Assembly (NCBI GenBank): GCA_963706325.1
Contig: CAVPLT010000005.1
Coordinates: 256,001-320,000, forward strand
Length of the DNA: 64,000 nt
Reading direction: 5' to 3'
DNA from: an uncultured Nitrospiraceae bacterium
Lineage (GTDB): Bacteria; Nitrospirota; Nitrospiria; Nitrospirales; Nitrospiraceae
Part shown: one piece after another, positions 27,888 to 38,011 of the stretch
Numbering within the stretch: the stretch's first letter is position 1
Layout: each line of letters starts with the position of its first letter
Notes under the pieces: model-generated
Seen by the model: only the letters and a program-made list of their open reading frames with translations
Told to the model about the DNA's origin: nothing
Database searches by the model: none
Translations under genes and position numbers: made by a program

Positions 27888-30185
27888 ATGCCTGAATCGA
27901 TGGACATGGCAAAGCTCGTTCCTCCTGGCGTGCTTCGTGACAAGGAGCCGTCTTCATCCTCGTCGGCCGAAAACGAGCGTCGAAAACGCCACGTTCGTCC
28001 GGTCTGGATTGTCTTAATTCTTTTACTGCCCTGCCTGGCCCTGACTTTCTACTATGCTCAGACGGCTATTCCGCTGGGTGAAGAGTCGGACTCCTTCCTG
28101 CCCAGCACGGGATACGCCTTTGTCCTTCTGCTGGTCAATCTGGATCTGATCGGCCTCGTCGTTCTGACGTTGCTGCTGTCCCGCAATCTCATCAAGGCCT
28201 ATTTCGAACGACGGCATCGTCTCGTCGGATCAGGGTTTCGCGCCAAGCTGGTCGCCGCCTTCATCGGATTTTCACTCATTCCTACCGTCTTGTTGGCACT
28301 GGTGGCCAGCGGGCTCGTGAATAAGGCGGTCGATGTGTGGTTCAACGATCAAATTGAACATGTCATGAAGGATTCGTATGAAGTTGCGCGCATGCACCAT
28401 GCCGGTCATGTGTCTTTGGCGATCAATAGCGCGCGAGCCATCAGCCATGAAATTTTCCGCGAAGAACTGCTGCTGGCTGAACAACGTGACTTGCTGGTCG
28501 CCGCGATCGCCCGCAAACGAGCGGAGTATGCGACGGCCGGGATTGAAGTATTTTCTTCGAAAATGGAGACACTGACTAAGTCGCTCGATCCTGAGGTGCC
28601 GGTTACGGTACTCGATCTGCCGATCGGCCAACTGGTGTTGCAGGTGATCAACGGCAAGCAGGAGCTCACGTCCGTCCAGGAGGCTCAGACGGGGCGCTTG
28701 GTGAGGGCCGGCGTGCCCATTGCCTCCAGCGTCCGCCGAGGGGAGATCGATGGGGTGGTCGTGGTAGATGCCTATGTGCCCGAATCCTTGCTGGGCAAGA
28801 TGGAGAGTATCGGCCGCCAGTACGCCGAATACAAACAGATGAAGGCGATGAAAAACCCTATCAAGGCCGGTGCCTATCTGCTCGTGGCGGTCATTACGGT
28901 CATGATTCTGTTCAGCGCGACCTGGTTTGGGTTCTACGTGGCTCGCGGCATTACCGTTCCGATTCAGCGACTGGCGGAGGCGACAGAATCTATTGCGCAG
29001 GGCGATCTATCGGTGCGAATCGATGCGAAAGCAACCGATGAAATCGGCACCTTGGTCGCGTCGTTCAATCGTATGACCGCCGATTTGCAGAGCAGCAAAA
29101 CGAAAGTGGAAGAGGCCAACATATCTCTTCGGCAATCAAACCTCGAGCTGGATCGCCGGCGCGCCTACATCGAAACGGTCGTGGATACGATTGCCGCGGG
29201 ACTCTTGTCCATCGATCGGCAGGGAATCATTACCACGTTCAATCCTTCGGCCGAGCGCATGCTGGGGCTCTGGGCCGATCGGTTTCGGGGGCGGTCGGCC
29301 AACGAGACGTTCAAAGAATACAAATTGGACCTGTTTCAGTCCGTCTACGATCGTATGCTGAGCGACCAGCGGGACAATCTCGCGGTGGAAGGTCAGTTGG
29401 ACTTACAGGGGCGATTCCTAACCATCGGGGTACACTGTTCCCGGATGAAGGATGAAGCAAACCGGGACCTCGGCTTCGTGTTGATCTTTGAGGACCTGTC
29501 GGAATTGATCAAAGCGCAGAAGGCGGCGGCGTGGCGGGAAGTGGCGCAACGCATTGCCCATGAGATCAAGAACCCTTTGACGCCTATTCAACTCTCTGCG
29601 CAACGGTTGCGGAAAAAGTTTCAGGACAAAGCACCGGACTTCGATCGAATCTGTGACGAGTCGACGCAGGTCATCGTGAATGAGGTCGCCGGCCTCAAAC
29701 AAATGCTGGACGAGTTTTCAAAATTTGCGCGCATGCCGGCGCCGCACATGACGATGGGCTCATTGGACGACGTTGTCAAAGAAGTCGTCGCCCTCTATGA
29801 GAGCGCGCATCGCGAGATCGACTGTGTGGTGGAACTCGACCACGACCTGCCGTCGTTTAATTTCGATCGTGAGCAGATCAAGCGAGTCTTGGTAAATTTA
29901 TGCGATAACGCTATTCACGCGATGAATCACAAAGGGCGCCTCTGGATCAAGACTCGCTACGACACGAAGCAGCATCGGGCGGTCGTGACGGTTGCGGACG
30001 AGGGGACGGGTATCACGCCGGAGGATCAAGAGAAGCTATTCGTGCCGTATTTTTCCCGAAAAAAGACCGGCACGGGATTGGGCCTGGCGATCGTGCGGCG
30101 GATCGTGACCGATCACGACGGCCAGATTCATGCGGGCAATCACCAGCCTAAAGGCGCCTTGTTTACGTTCGAATTGCCGGTATGA
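27888..30185 (+). CDS. ntrY: NtrY-type sensor histidine kinase (TM-HAMP-PAS-HisKA-HATPase)
   Basis: AWREVAQRIAHEIKNPLTPIQLSA, GTGLGLAIV, HAMP motif DEIGTL. Confidence 0.9.
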   Translation: MPESMDMAKLVPPGVLRDKEPSSSSSAENERRKRHVRPVWIVLILLLPCLALTFYYAQTAIPLGEESDSFLPSTGYAFVLLLVNLDLIGLVVLTLLLSRNLIKAYFERRHRLVGSGFRAKLVAAFIGFSLIPTVLLALVASGLVNKAVDVWFNDQIEHVMKDSYEVARMHHAGHVSLAINSARAISHEIFREELLLAEQRDLLVAAIARKRAEYATAGIEVFSSKMETLTKSLDPEVPVTVLDLPIGQLVLQVINGKQELTSVQEAQTGRLVRAGVPIASSVRRGEIDGVVVVDAYVPESLLGKMESIGRQYAEYKQMKAMKNPIKAGAYLLVAVITVMILFSATWFGFYVARGITVPIQRLAEATESIAQGDLSVRIDAKATDEIGTLVASFNRMTADLQSSKTKVEEANISLRQSNLELDRRRAYIETVVDTIAAGLLSIDRQGIITTFNPSAERMLGLWADRFRGRSANETFKEYKLDLFQSVYDRMLSDQRDNLAVEGQLDLQGRFLTIGVHCSRMKDEANRDLGFVLIFEDLSELIKAQKAAAWREVAQRIAHEIKNPLTPIQLSAQRLRKKFQDKAPDFDRICDESTQVIVNEVAGLKQMLDEFSKFARMPAPHMTMGSLDDVVKEVVALYESAHREIDCVVELDHDLPSFNFDREQIKRVLVNLCDNAIHAMNHKGRLWIKTRYDTKQHRAVVTVADEGTGITPEDQEKLFVPYFSRKKTGTGLGLAIVRRIVTDHDGQIHAGNHQPKGALFTFELPV

Positions 30186-30215
30186 CAGCGTTGATCGGCC
30201 AGTAGTGGAGAAATC

Positions 30216-31619
30216 ATGCCTGCCTCGATTCTCATTGTAGATGACGAAGTATCGATTCTAAATTCCTTAAGCAGCATCCTGGAGGATGAAGGCTATGAGG
30301 TGAGTGTAGCCAAGAGCGGTGTCGAGGCGCTGAAGCTGTGCGCTGTGAATCCGCCGGAATTGATGATGTTGGATATTTGGATGCCCGAGATGGACGGTCT
30401 GGAGACGCTGAGACGGTTGCGGGAATTAGTCCCCAATACGCAGGTCATGATGATGTCGGGGCATGGGTCAATTGAGACGGCGGTCAAGGCCATTAAGCTG
30501 GGCGCCTACGACTACATTGAAAAGCCGCTGTCGCTCGAAAACGTCACGTTGCGCGTGAAACATGCGTTGGATCAGCATCGGCTTGAGCAGGAAAACCGTA
30601 CTCTTCGCACCAAGGTGGAACGCAAGTTCGAATTTGTGGGGCGCGCTCCCGTCATGCAGCAGTTGAAGCAAATTATCGAAACAGCCGGTCCCACCAACAG
30701 TCGCGTCTTGATCGGCGGCGAGAACGGCACCGGAAAGGAACTCGTGGCCAGGGCCATCCATCAGCATAGCCCTCGAGTCGATCGTCCTTTTGTGGCGGTA
30801 AATTGCGCCGCCATTCCTGAAACATTGATTGAGAGCGAACTGTTCGGGCACGAGCGCGGGTCGTTCAGCGGCGCAACAGCTATGAAGCGCGGTCAATTCG
30901 AACAGGCCGATAGCGGAACCCTCTTCCTGGATGAAATCGCGGATATGAGCCTGAGTACGCAAGCGAAAGTGTTGCGAGCCCTCCAGGAACAACAGTTCAC
31001 TCGGGTCGGCGGGACGAAATTGATCAAGGTGGATGTGCGGGTATTGGCGGCTTCCAATAAGGATCTCTTGAAGGAAATTAACAAAGGCGCCTTTCGGGAA
31101 GACCTCTTTTACCGACTGAATGTGGTGCCGATTGTCGTGCCGCCGTTGCGGGATCGTCGCGAAGACATTCCGCTTCTTGTGACACATTTCCTGCATGTGC
31201 ATGCCGAAGAGCAAGGGCTGAAGATCAAACAGGTGCCGCCGGACGCCATGGACGTCTTCATGCAGTATGAGTGGCCAGGCAATATTCGCGAATTGCGCAA
31301 CCTGATTGAACGACTCATGATCATGGTGCCGGGCCCGGTCATCGAAGCCTCGCATGCGTCGGTGGCCCTGCAAGTGCGCTCCCATCTGTCGGCCCCGCAC
31401 CCGGTCGCAGGGGGGGCGCAACCGGGCAGTTCGCTCCTGAGCAGGCACTACGACTCGCTTCGCGATGCCCGTAATGCCTTCGAGAGAGAATTCATTGCGC
31501 GCAAGCTGCGCGAACATCACTGGAATATTTCCCGCACTGCCGAAGACCTCCAAATTGAGCGCAGCCACCTGCATCGAAAGATTAAGCTGCTGGATGTCGA
31601 GATGCGTCCGGAAAGCTAA
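30216..31619 (+). CDS. ntrX: NtrX-type sigma-54 family response regulator
   Basis: REC LDIWMP/SGHG, GENGTGKE, GSFSGA (variant of GAFTGA), C-terminal HTH. Confidence 0.9.
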   Translation: MPASILIVDDEVSILNSLSSILEDEGYEVSVAKSGVEALKLCAVNPPELMMLDIWMPEMDGLETLRRLRELVPNTQVMMMSGHGSIETAVKAIKLGAYDYIEKPLSLENVTLRVKHALDQHRLEQENRTLRTKVERKFEFVGRAPVMQQLKQIIETAGPTNSRVLIGGENGTGKELVARAIHQHSPRVDRPFVAVNCAAIPETLIESELFGHERGSFSGATAMKRGQFEQADSGTLFLDEIADMSLSTQAKVLRALQEQQFTRVGGTKLIKVDVRVLAASNKDLLKEINKGAFREDLFYRLNVVPIVVPPLRDRREDIPLLVTHFLHVHAEEQGLKIKQVPPDAMDVFMQYEWPGNIRELRNLIERLMIMVPGPVIEASHASVALQVRSHLSAPHPVAGGAQPGSSLLSRHYDSLRDARNAFEREFIARKLREHHWNISRTAEDLQIERSHLHRKIKLLDVEMRPES

Positions 31620-31621
31620 TA

Positions 31622-31742
31622 AGGCTGCTGAAAAAGGCCTGCAACTTGGTTCTCGGCTCGAAACAATCCTCAACGTACCCCAGGGTACGCCTCCGGTTCT
31701 TTCTCGCCTGCGGCCTTGTTGTAGGACCTTTTTGAGCAGCCT
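31622..31742. mobile_element. 121-bp MITE-like element
   Basis: Terminal inverted repeats AGGCTGCTGAAAAAGG / CCTTTTTGAGCAGCCT (15 of 16 match), central CGTACCC-CA-GGGTACG palindrome, no transposase. Confidence 0.75.
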
Positions 31743-31804
31743 GGATCTTCCTCGGACTCCCGCTGTTGACCAAGTGTCTGTTGCATAGCTAAGATGCCGA
31801 CCCT

Positions 31805-32842
31805 ATGACTACCTACCGTGATGCCGGGGTCGATATCGATGCCGGTGATGAATTTGTCGAGCGAATTAAGCCGCATGTGCGGGCCACCTTTCGTCCGGAA
31901 GTGATGACCGATCTGGGCGGCTTCGGAGGCTTGTTCCGATTTCAAGCCAATCGCTATCAGGATCCGGTGCTCGTGTCGGGGACCGACGGCGTCGGAACCA
32001 AGCTCAAGATCGCCTTTCTCATGGACAAACATGACACGGTCGGCATCGACCTGGTGGCGATGTGCGTCAACGATATTGCCGTCAGCGGCGCAGAGCCGCT
32101 TTTCTTCCTCGATTACTTTGCGACCGGGAAACTGGCGTTGAATACGGCAGAAGCCGTCGTGCGTGGAATTTCCGACGGCTGTCGTCAGGCGGGGTGCGCG
32201 TTGATCGGTGGAGAAACTGCCGAGATGCCCTCATTCTATGCGGAGGGAGAGTACGATCTTGCCGGGTTTGCCGTGGGGGTTGTCGATCGATCGAGGATGA
32301 TCGATGGACGCAAGATCGTGCCGGGGGATGCCATCATTGGACTGGCTTCGACCGGCGTGCATAGCAATGGCTTTTCGTTGGTGCGGAAGGTGCTTTTTGA
32401 ACAGAGCAAGCTGACGGTCGACAGTGTGTTGCCGGAATTGGATGGAGCGCTGGGTGAGACGCTACTCACGCCCACGCGTATTTACGCCAAGCAGATTTTA
32501 TCACTGGCGGAAGCCTGTCCGATCAAGGGAATTGCGCATATCACCGGCGGCGGAATCACGAACAACTTGCCGCGGGTTTTTCCGGCTCGATGCGGGGCGC
32601 GTATCCGTCGCGGAGCCTGGCCGGTGTTGCCGATCTTCCAGGCGATCCAGGATCGCGGAGTCGTCGCGCTCGACGAAATGTATCGGGTATTCAATATGGG
32701 CATCGGATTAATTCTGGTCGTTTCCCCGGAGCATGGCGACCTCGTTATGGCCAAGGCCTTGGAGTCGGGCGACCGAGCCTATTATCTTGGGGAGATGGTG
32801 GCGCAGCCGACCGATGAGGGTGTGGTGGAGTATGTCGGGTAG
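31805..32842 (+). CDS. purM: Phosphoribosylformylglycinamidine cyclo-ligase
   Basis: TYRDAGVDI, TDGVGTK, GGETAEMP, HITGGG, FNMGIG. Confidence 0.97.
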   Translation: MTTYRDAGVDIDAGDEFVERIKPHVRATFRPEVMTDLGGFGGLFRFQANRYQDPVLVSGTDGVGTKLKIAFLMDKHDTVGIDLVAMCVNDIAVSGAEPLFFLDYFATGKLALNTAEAVVRGISDGCRQAGCALIGGETAEMPSFYAEGEYDLAGFAVGVVDRSRMIDGRKIVPGDAIIGLASTGVHSNGFSLVRKVLFEQSKLTVDSVLPELDGALGETLLTPTRIYAKQILSLAEACPIKGIAHITGGGITNNLPRVFPARCGARIRRGAWPVLPIFQAIQDRGVVALDEMYRVFNMGIGLILVVSPEHGDLVMAKALESGDRAYYLGEMVAQPTDEGVVEYVG

Positions 32843-33506
32843 GCCGTCGCAATTGGTTCGACTTGGCGTATTGCTCTCTGGGCGAGGATCAAACCTCCAG
32901 GCAATTATTGATGCCATCGAGGGCGGCGCCCTGTCGGCTGAGATCGCGGTGGTGGTCAGCAATAAGCAGGAAGCCGCTGGCCTGGAACGCGCGCGGAAGC
33001 ATGGGGTGCCTGTTGTATGGCTTGATCCGAAGCCCTTAGCAGGCAGGCCGGATAGTCGCGAGGCCTACGATCGGGCAATGCTCGATGTGTTGCGGAAATA
33101 TGAAGTGGACCTAGTGCTCTTAGCCGGGTACATGAAAATTGTGACGGCTGTTTTGGTAGCCGCGTACGAGAATCGGATGATGAATATCCATCCTTCGCTG
33201 CTTCCTTCATTCCCCGGCTTGGACGTGCAGAAAAAAGCGATTGAACATGGATGTAAGATTGCCGGTTGTACGGTGCATTTTGTGACGGAAGGGGTGGACG
33301 AAGGCCCCATCATCGTCCAGGCTGCCGTGCCGATTGTCGAAGGCGATACAGCCGATGGCCTCGCCGCGCGCATCTTAGAACAGGAACACCGGATCTATCC
33401 TCACGCGATCCAGTTGTACGCTGAGGGACGGCTGCGCGTGGAGGGACGGCGGGTGATGGTAGCGGAGGCAGGATCCCCGATGGGTGGTTTTCACAATCCG
33501 GTATAA
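32832..33506 (+). CDS. purN: Phosphoribosylglycinamide formyltransferase
   Basis: SGRGSNLQA, LAGYM, NIHPSLLPSFPG, GCTVHFV. Confidence 0.97.
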   Translation: MSGRPSQLVRLGVLLSGRGSNLQAIIDAIEGGALSAEIAVVVSNKQEAAGLERARKHGVPVVWLDPKPLAGRPDSREAYDRAMLDVLRKYEVDLVLLAGYMKIVTAVLVAAYENRMMNIHPSLLPSFPGLDVQKKAIEHGCKIAGCTVHFVTEGVDEGPIIVQAAVPIVEGDTADGLAARILEQEHRIYPHAIQLYAEGRLRVEGRRVMVAEAGSPMGGFHNPV

Positions 33507-33553
33507 CGCAGCCAGCGGATCTGCAAGTTGGTATGGAGACGCGTGCGTTGGTT

Positions 33554-33568
33554 GTGTATAATGCCGCG
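33554..33568 (+). promoter_or_regulatory. Sigma-70 -10 element for tRNA-Ala
   Basis: TATAAT at 33557-33562, then GC-rich GCCGCG, 16 bp before the tRNA. Confidence 0.55.
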
Positions 33569-33578
33569 TGAGAAGTGT

Positions 33579-33654
33579 GGGGGGCTAGCTCAGTTGGGAG
33601 AGCACTACGTTCGCAACGTAGGGGTCGGGGGTTCAACTCCCCTGCCCTCCACCA
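33579..33654 (+). tRNA. tRNA-Ala (anticodon CGC)
   Basis: 76-nt cloverleaf, G3:U70 pair, CTACG-TTCGCAA-CGTAG anticodon arm, encoded CCA. Confidence 0.97.
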
Positions 33655-34575
33655 CCATCGTTGACAACCTTTGCGCCTGTCAATAACCGATCAAATGTGC
33701 CTGTTGCGGGGAAGCGATATCCTCGGTGGCCGTCCTCCCAGCTCCCGAGATCCTTGGCCCAGCGGTTTGCATCTATCGAGACCATATCCGCCAGTTCATC
33801 CAGCTTTCCCAATTCAATCAACAGCGTCTTCTTTCGTGCTTCTTCTGATATAGGGAATCGACCACGGAGCCTGTGCTTTTCCCGTTGGCAACCAACTCTA
33901 CAAGGTGGTGGAGTCGGGATTGGGTCAATGACAACTCGTGCTCTAAAGCTTAACGATGATCAGGGAGTTTCTCCTGCTCATAGCGAATCCTTTCAAGGTC
34001 AGCTTTAACAGAGGCTTCAAGGACTTGCCCATCGAGTGCCTTAGTCATGGCATGTAAGATAGCCGAATCGAGAATATCTTGACGGACCTCCAGATTGATT
34101 GAGCAGATTGCGTCCCCTTGTTTTGTGATGATAAGCGCACTGGTAAACGGTGCGGACGTATCGTCGTTTCGTTGTACGCTTGGTCGCCACGATTGACCCG
34201 CCACACGCTGCGCACTTTTCGATACTGCTCAGAAGATAGAGTGATCGGCCATCTTCACCTGGGGGACGAGAAAGTAATTGACCATTTCCCTCTTAGATAG
34301 GCTCGTTGGTTTCGCGCTTTGTGCTGCTCGACTTGTTGCCAAAGTTCCTGAGAGATTATCCGCAGGTCAGGCGCGTCAAGACGAAGCCATTCCACTTCTG
34401 GCCGTTTGCGCTCCTTTCGGGTACCCCCGCGTTGAATGGTTTGTGTCGGATTCCAGAGGACAATGTCTCGGTAGAGATCCACGTTGCAGGATGTCGCGTC
34501 CGATCCGCTTCAAGACTCTAGCGATACAGGCAAAGCCGAACCCTGACGCAAATAGCTCGAATATTCCTACGACAG
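33633..34575 (-). pseudogene. Degenerate large serine recombinase (recombinase and zinc-ribbon region; catalytic N-terminus missing)
   Basis: Fragments in several frames: IFELFASGFGFACIARVL, DLYRDIVLWN...APDLRIISQELWQQV, AICSINLEVRQDILDSAIL; the last fragment reads into the tRNA 3' end. Confidence 0.78.
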
Positions 34576-34744
34576 TCTTTGCCTGGAACTATGATCTTAA
34601 GAAGAACGATCCTTGCGCATGGAAAGTTGTGGATCGCTTTGGGGCTACATATCTGTTTGGCGGAACGGAGGATTCGCGCATGAATGCATACCGTGGGAGG
34701 GGAGGGAATCCTCTTACACCGCTCACCACGACTGGAGGAAAATA

Positions 34745-36613
34745 ATGGCTTCTCGGATCGAGGATTACGGTCTCATTGGTGATATGAAGGGGGCGGCTTT
34801 GGTTTCACGAAGCGGTGATATCGATTGGATGTGCGTGCCCCGTTTCGACTCGGAAGCCTGCTTCGCAGCGCTTCTCGGCCGCGACGAGCACGGGCGATGG
34901 GGGATCCGGTCGACGACGATGGTTCGTAAGAGGGGACAGCGGTATCGAGGCGAGAGCCTGATCCTCGAGACCGAGTTCGAGTGCGACGGCGGCGCGGTCC
35001 GCATTATCGACTTCATGCCGCCGAACAGGGACCGGAGCGACGTCGTCCGAATAATACAGGGCCTGGCGGGCGAGGTCCGGCTTGAGATGATCCTCGAAGC
35101 GCGGTTCGGCTACGGCGCGAACCGTCCATGGGTGAGGCCGAACGACGGCGCCATGAGCCTAATTGCCGGGCCCGACGCGCTGCATCTGCGCTCCTCGGTC
35201 GAGGTGAAGATGACCGCCACAGGGGTCTCCGCTTTGTTCTCGATCAAGCAGGGGCAGACGGTCACGTTCGTCGCGAGTTGGGCTCCCTCGGATCGCGGTC
35301 TACCGGAGGCGATCGACCCGAGCAAAGCGCTGGCGCAGACCGAGGAGTATTGGCGCGACTGGGCAGGCCGTTGCACTTATCAGGGGCGGTGGCGCGACGA
35401 GGTCCTTCGCTCGCTCCTCACGTTGAAGGCGCTCACCTACGCGCCGACCGGCGGGATTGTAGCGGCTCCAACGGCCTCGCTGCCAGAAGAAATCGGTGGC
35501 GTGCGGAACTGGGACTATCGGTACTGCTGGATCCGCGACGCGACCCTCACCCTCCAGGCGCTCCTCGTGGGCGGTTATGCGGACGAGGCCTTAGCATGGC
35601 GCGACTGGCTCGCGCGCGCTGTGGCGGGCGATCCCGCGCGCCTCCAGATCATGTACGGCCTGGCGGGGGAGCGCCGGCTCACCGAGTTCGAGCTCCCATG
35701 GCTCCCTGGGTATGAGAAGTCCCGGCCCGTGCGCATCGGAAACGGTGCCTGTAACCAGTTCCAACTCGACATGTACGGTGAAACTCTGGGCTGCGTCTAC
35801 GCCGCCCGCAAGGCGGGGCTCCCGCCGAATGAGGAGGCCTCGCGTCCGCTGTGGGCCCTCGTTGAGCACCTGGAGAAAGTTTGGCAGCGGCCCGACGAGG
35901 GAATTTGGGAGGTGCGCGGTGGGGGGATGCGCCACTTCACCCACTCGAAAGTCCTCGCCTGGGTCGGCGTAGATCGCGCGATCCGCCTGAATGAGGAGTT
36001 TGGCGTCGGCGGGGACGAGTGGCGGTCCATGCTGCCGCATCTGCGCGCGCTTCGCGAGCGAATCCACGAGGACGTGTGCGACCGTGCGTGGAATGAGGGC
36101 ATTGGCGCCTTCACTCAGTCGTACGGCGTCGAGGTGCTCGACGCAAGTGTGTTGATTATCCCGCACGTCGGGTTCCTTCCGGCCGACGATCCCCGCATGG
36201 TCTCGACGGTGCGTGCGATCGAGAAGCAGCTCATGCGCCGAGGCTTCGTCCAGCGGTATGCCCCCGAGCTCGGCCTCGATGGACTGCCCGGTGACGAGAG
36301 TCCGTTCCTGGCCTGCAGCTTCTGGCTCGCCGACAACTTCGCATTACAGGGAAGATTAGACGAAGCGGAAGAGCTGTTCCAGCGGTTGCTGTCTATCAAG
36401 AACCATCTGGGTCTGCTCGCCGAGGAGTACGACCCCGTGGCCAAGAGGCAAATTGGCAATTTTCCGCAAGCGTTCTCGCACCTTGCATTGATCACCACGG
36501 CCCACCTTATCGAGAATAGAGGGGATCCGGCGGCGCTGGCCCTGAGTGGCGACTTTCCCATGAACAGCCGGCGTGCATCCGCGAAGAACTCTGCAAAGAA
36601 GGCCGACGTATAG
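34745..36613 (+). CDS. Glycoside hydrolase family 15 (trehalase/glucoamylase-like)
   Basis: IEDYGLIGD, TGGIVAAPTASLPE..GG.RNWDYRYCWIRD, LLAEEYD, GNFPQAFSH; GGAGGA RBS. Confidence 0.93.
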   Translation: MASRIEDYGLIGDMKGAALVSRSGDIDWMCVPRFDSEACFAALLGRDEHGRWGIRSTTMVRKRGQRYRGESLILETEFECDGGAVRIIDFMPPNRDRSDVVRIIQGLAGEVRLEMILEARFGYGANRPWVRPNDGAMSLIAGPDALHLRSSVEVKMTATGVSALFSIKQGQTVTFVASWAPSDRGLPEAIDPSKALAQTEEYWRDWAGRCTYQGRWRDEVLRSLLTLKALTYAPTGGIVAAPTASLPEEIGGVRNWDYRYCWIRDATLTLQALLVGGYADEALAWRDWLARAVAGDPARLQIMYGLAGERRLTEFELPWLPGYEKSRPVRIGNGACNQFQLDMYGETLGCVYAARKAGLPPNEEASRPLWALVEHLEKVWQRPDEGIWEVRGGGMRHFTHSKVLAWVGVDRAIRLNEEFGVGGDEWRSMLPHLRALRERIHEDVCDRAWNEGIGAFTQSYGVEVLDASVLIIPHVGFLPADDPRMVSTVRAIEKQLMRRGFVQRYAPELGLDGLPGDESPFLACSFWLADNFALQGRLDEAEELFQRLLSIKNHLGLLAEEYDPVAKRQIGNFPQAFSHLALITTAHLIENRGDPAALALSGDFPMNSRRASAKNSAKKADV

Positions 36614-36714
36614 CGACAAAAAGCAGGAAGCTCCTCTGCATCGTAGGCAGCTCACTTTCCGAAGCCCGCCGCCGAAGACAGGACGGGACGACTGCTTGCT
36701 CTGCCAATCTATCC

Positions 36715-36869
36715 CAACATCGCGGCATTCTGTTCGGCGATCTATGTCCCAGGAGCCGTTGCACCTTGTACCAATCCACTCCGGCCTGGACCATTTGCAT
36801 GGCACGGGTATGGCGAAGATCATGGAAATGGAACTCCATCTGAAACGTTGGCTCTTTCATTTCCGACAC
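36715..36869 (-). pseudogene. Tyrosine recombinase C-terminal fragment
   Basis: FHDLRHT...GVD...VQRLLGH boxes; the catalytic Tyr region is degenerate and there is no N-terminus. Confidence 0.78.
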
Positions 36870-36936
36870 CCATTCTTATCGAGTGCTTGCGTATGCCATG
36901 GTCTTCCCTTAGGATCGCGGCAGGAAGCACCCACGT

Positions 36937-37137
36937 ATGCCCCCTAATAAATCGCCCACAGAAGGAAGCCTTACTGTTGCTGCTTTGATTGTGTTAGGGC
37001 TCGTGTTTGCCGGACACTGGATCGCCAACTATGTGCAGAACGACAATCCATGGGCTATCACGCCCTGGTATGGCGGCGCCGCAGCGCTCATCATCATGAT
37101 GGGTTTTTTCACGAACCTGCGTCGCGGAGGCAGCTAA
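36937..37137 (+). CDS. Small 2-TM hypothetical protein
   Basis: Two hydrophobic helices; AGGAAG upstream. Confidence 0.5.
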   Translation: MPPNKSPTEGSLTVAALIVLGLVFAGHWIANYVQNDNPWAITPWYGGAAALIIMMGFFTNLRRGGS

Positions 37138-37489
37138 GATGAAGGGTCTCGCCGACCCATCCTCTTGTCGTCCAGAGTTGACTCTCCAACCTGCGGTTTA
37201 GGAAATCGTCTCCGGGACCGAGCCTTTTCAAAATCGTCCTACTTCCATTCCTAATCCGTTGGTCGGATGTATAGGCTACCAGAGCCACCCCTTAGATTTT
37301 CTAGCGGGGCAGAGATGCTAACGGCGGTTGGGTTGGTTGGCCTGCACCACTTTCAATGATCACTGTATGCTCTCCGTGCTAGAGGCCATTCCTGCGGTCT
37401 AGGCTGGTTTGCCTTAGGTGCATCTTTCTCGATTAGGTCACAGGGAGGGGGAATCTTCGGAACAGACCGGAACCAGCTGACCTCCGTTT

Positions 37490-37730
37490 TACGTTTCCCC
37501 CATCAAAGCTTTGACTACCAGATCAATTGCCTCGGCCCACAATGTATATCACGCGGACTGAGGTGCAGAAAGGAACGTATCCCCAATGTCCAAATAACGG
37601 ATCCCCTGCCATCGGCAATGTGGCTGAAATATGGCATTAGCAGCGGGTGGTCTCATTCCTGGAGAGCTGTCGGAGCTTTCCCCTGACGGAAAGATCCAAG
37701 CAGAAGGAGCTTGCTGTCGGGAAAGGGCGC
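37490..37730 (-). pseudogene. Relic of an SGNH/GDSL hydrolase C-terminal half
   Basis: Across frameshifts: PDSKLLLL(G)/IFP..GE...ANAI...GIRYLDIGDTF/LHLSPR/YTLWAEAIDLVVKALMGK. Confidence 0.6.
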
Positions 37731-38011
37731 CAATAAACATCGCATGTCTCATCGTAAAGGCGGTTGCGGGGCTGCGGTTGTCCAGATCCATCCATTCGTG
37801 TGTGTTCGGTAGTCGTAGCACGATCAGACTTGATGCAAGCAGCCAGAAAATGTGCAGCGCGGACTGTGATAAGAGGACGTTGATAGGGAAGACTGTCCAG
37901 CGGTCGAAGGCAATGCGGTACCCGGCGGCCGAGCTTTGGCATTGAACCTGACCGCAAAATAACTGGTGATGACGGAGGATGGGCGCGGTAGTCTGTGCCG
38001 GAGGGCAGGCG

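Noticed and set aside
33655..38011. Direct repeat of the tRNA-Ala 3' end (attR)
   Set aside because: None found by eye, so the right boundary of the island is undefined
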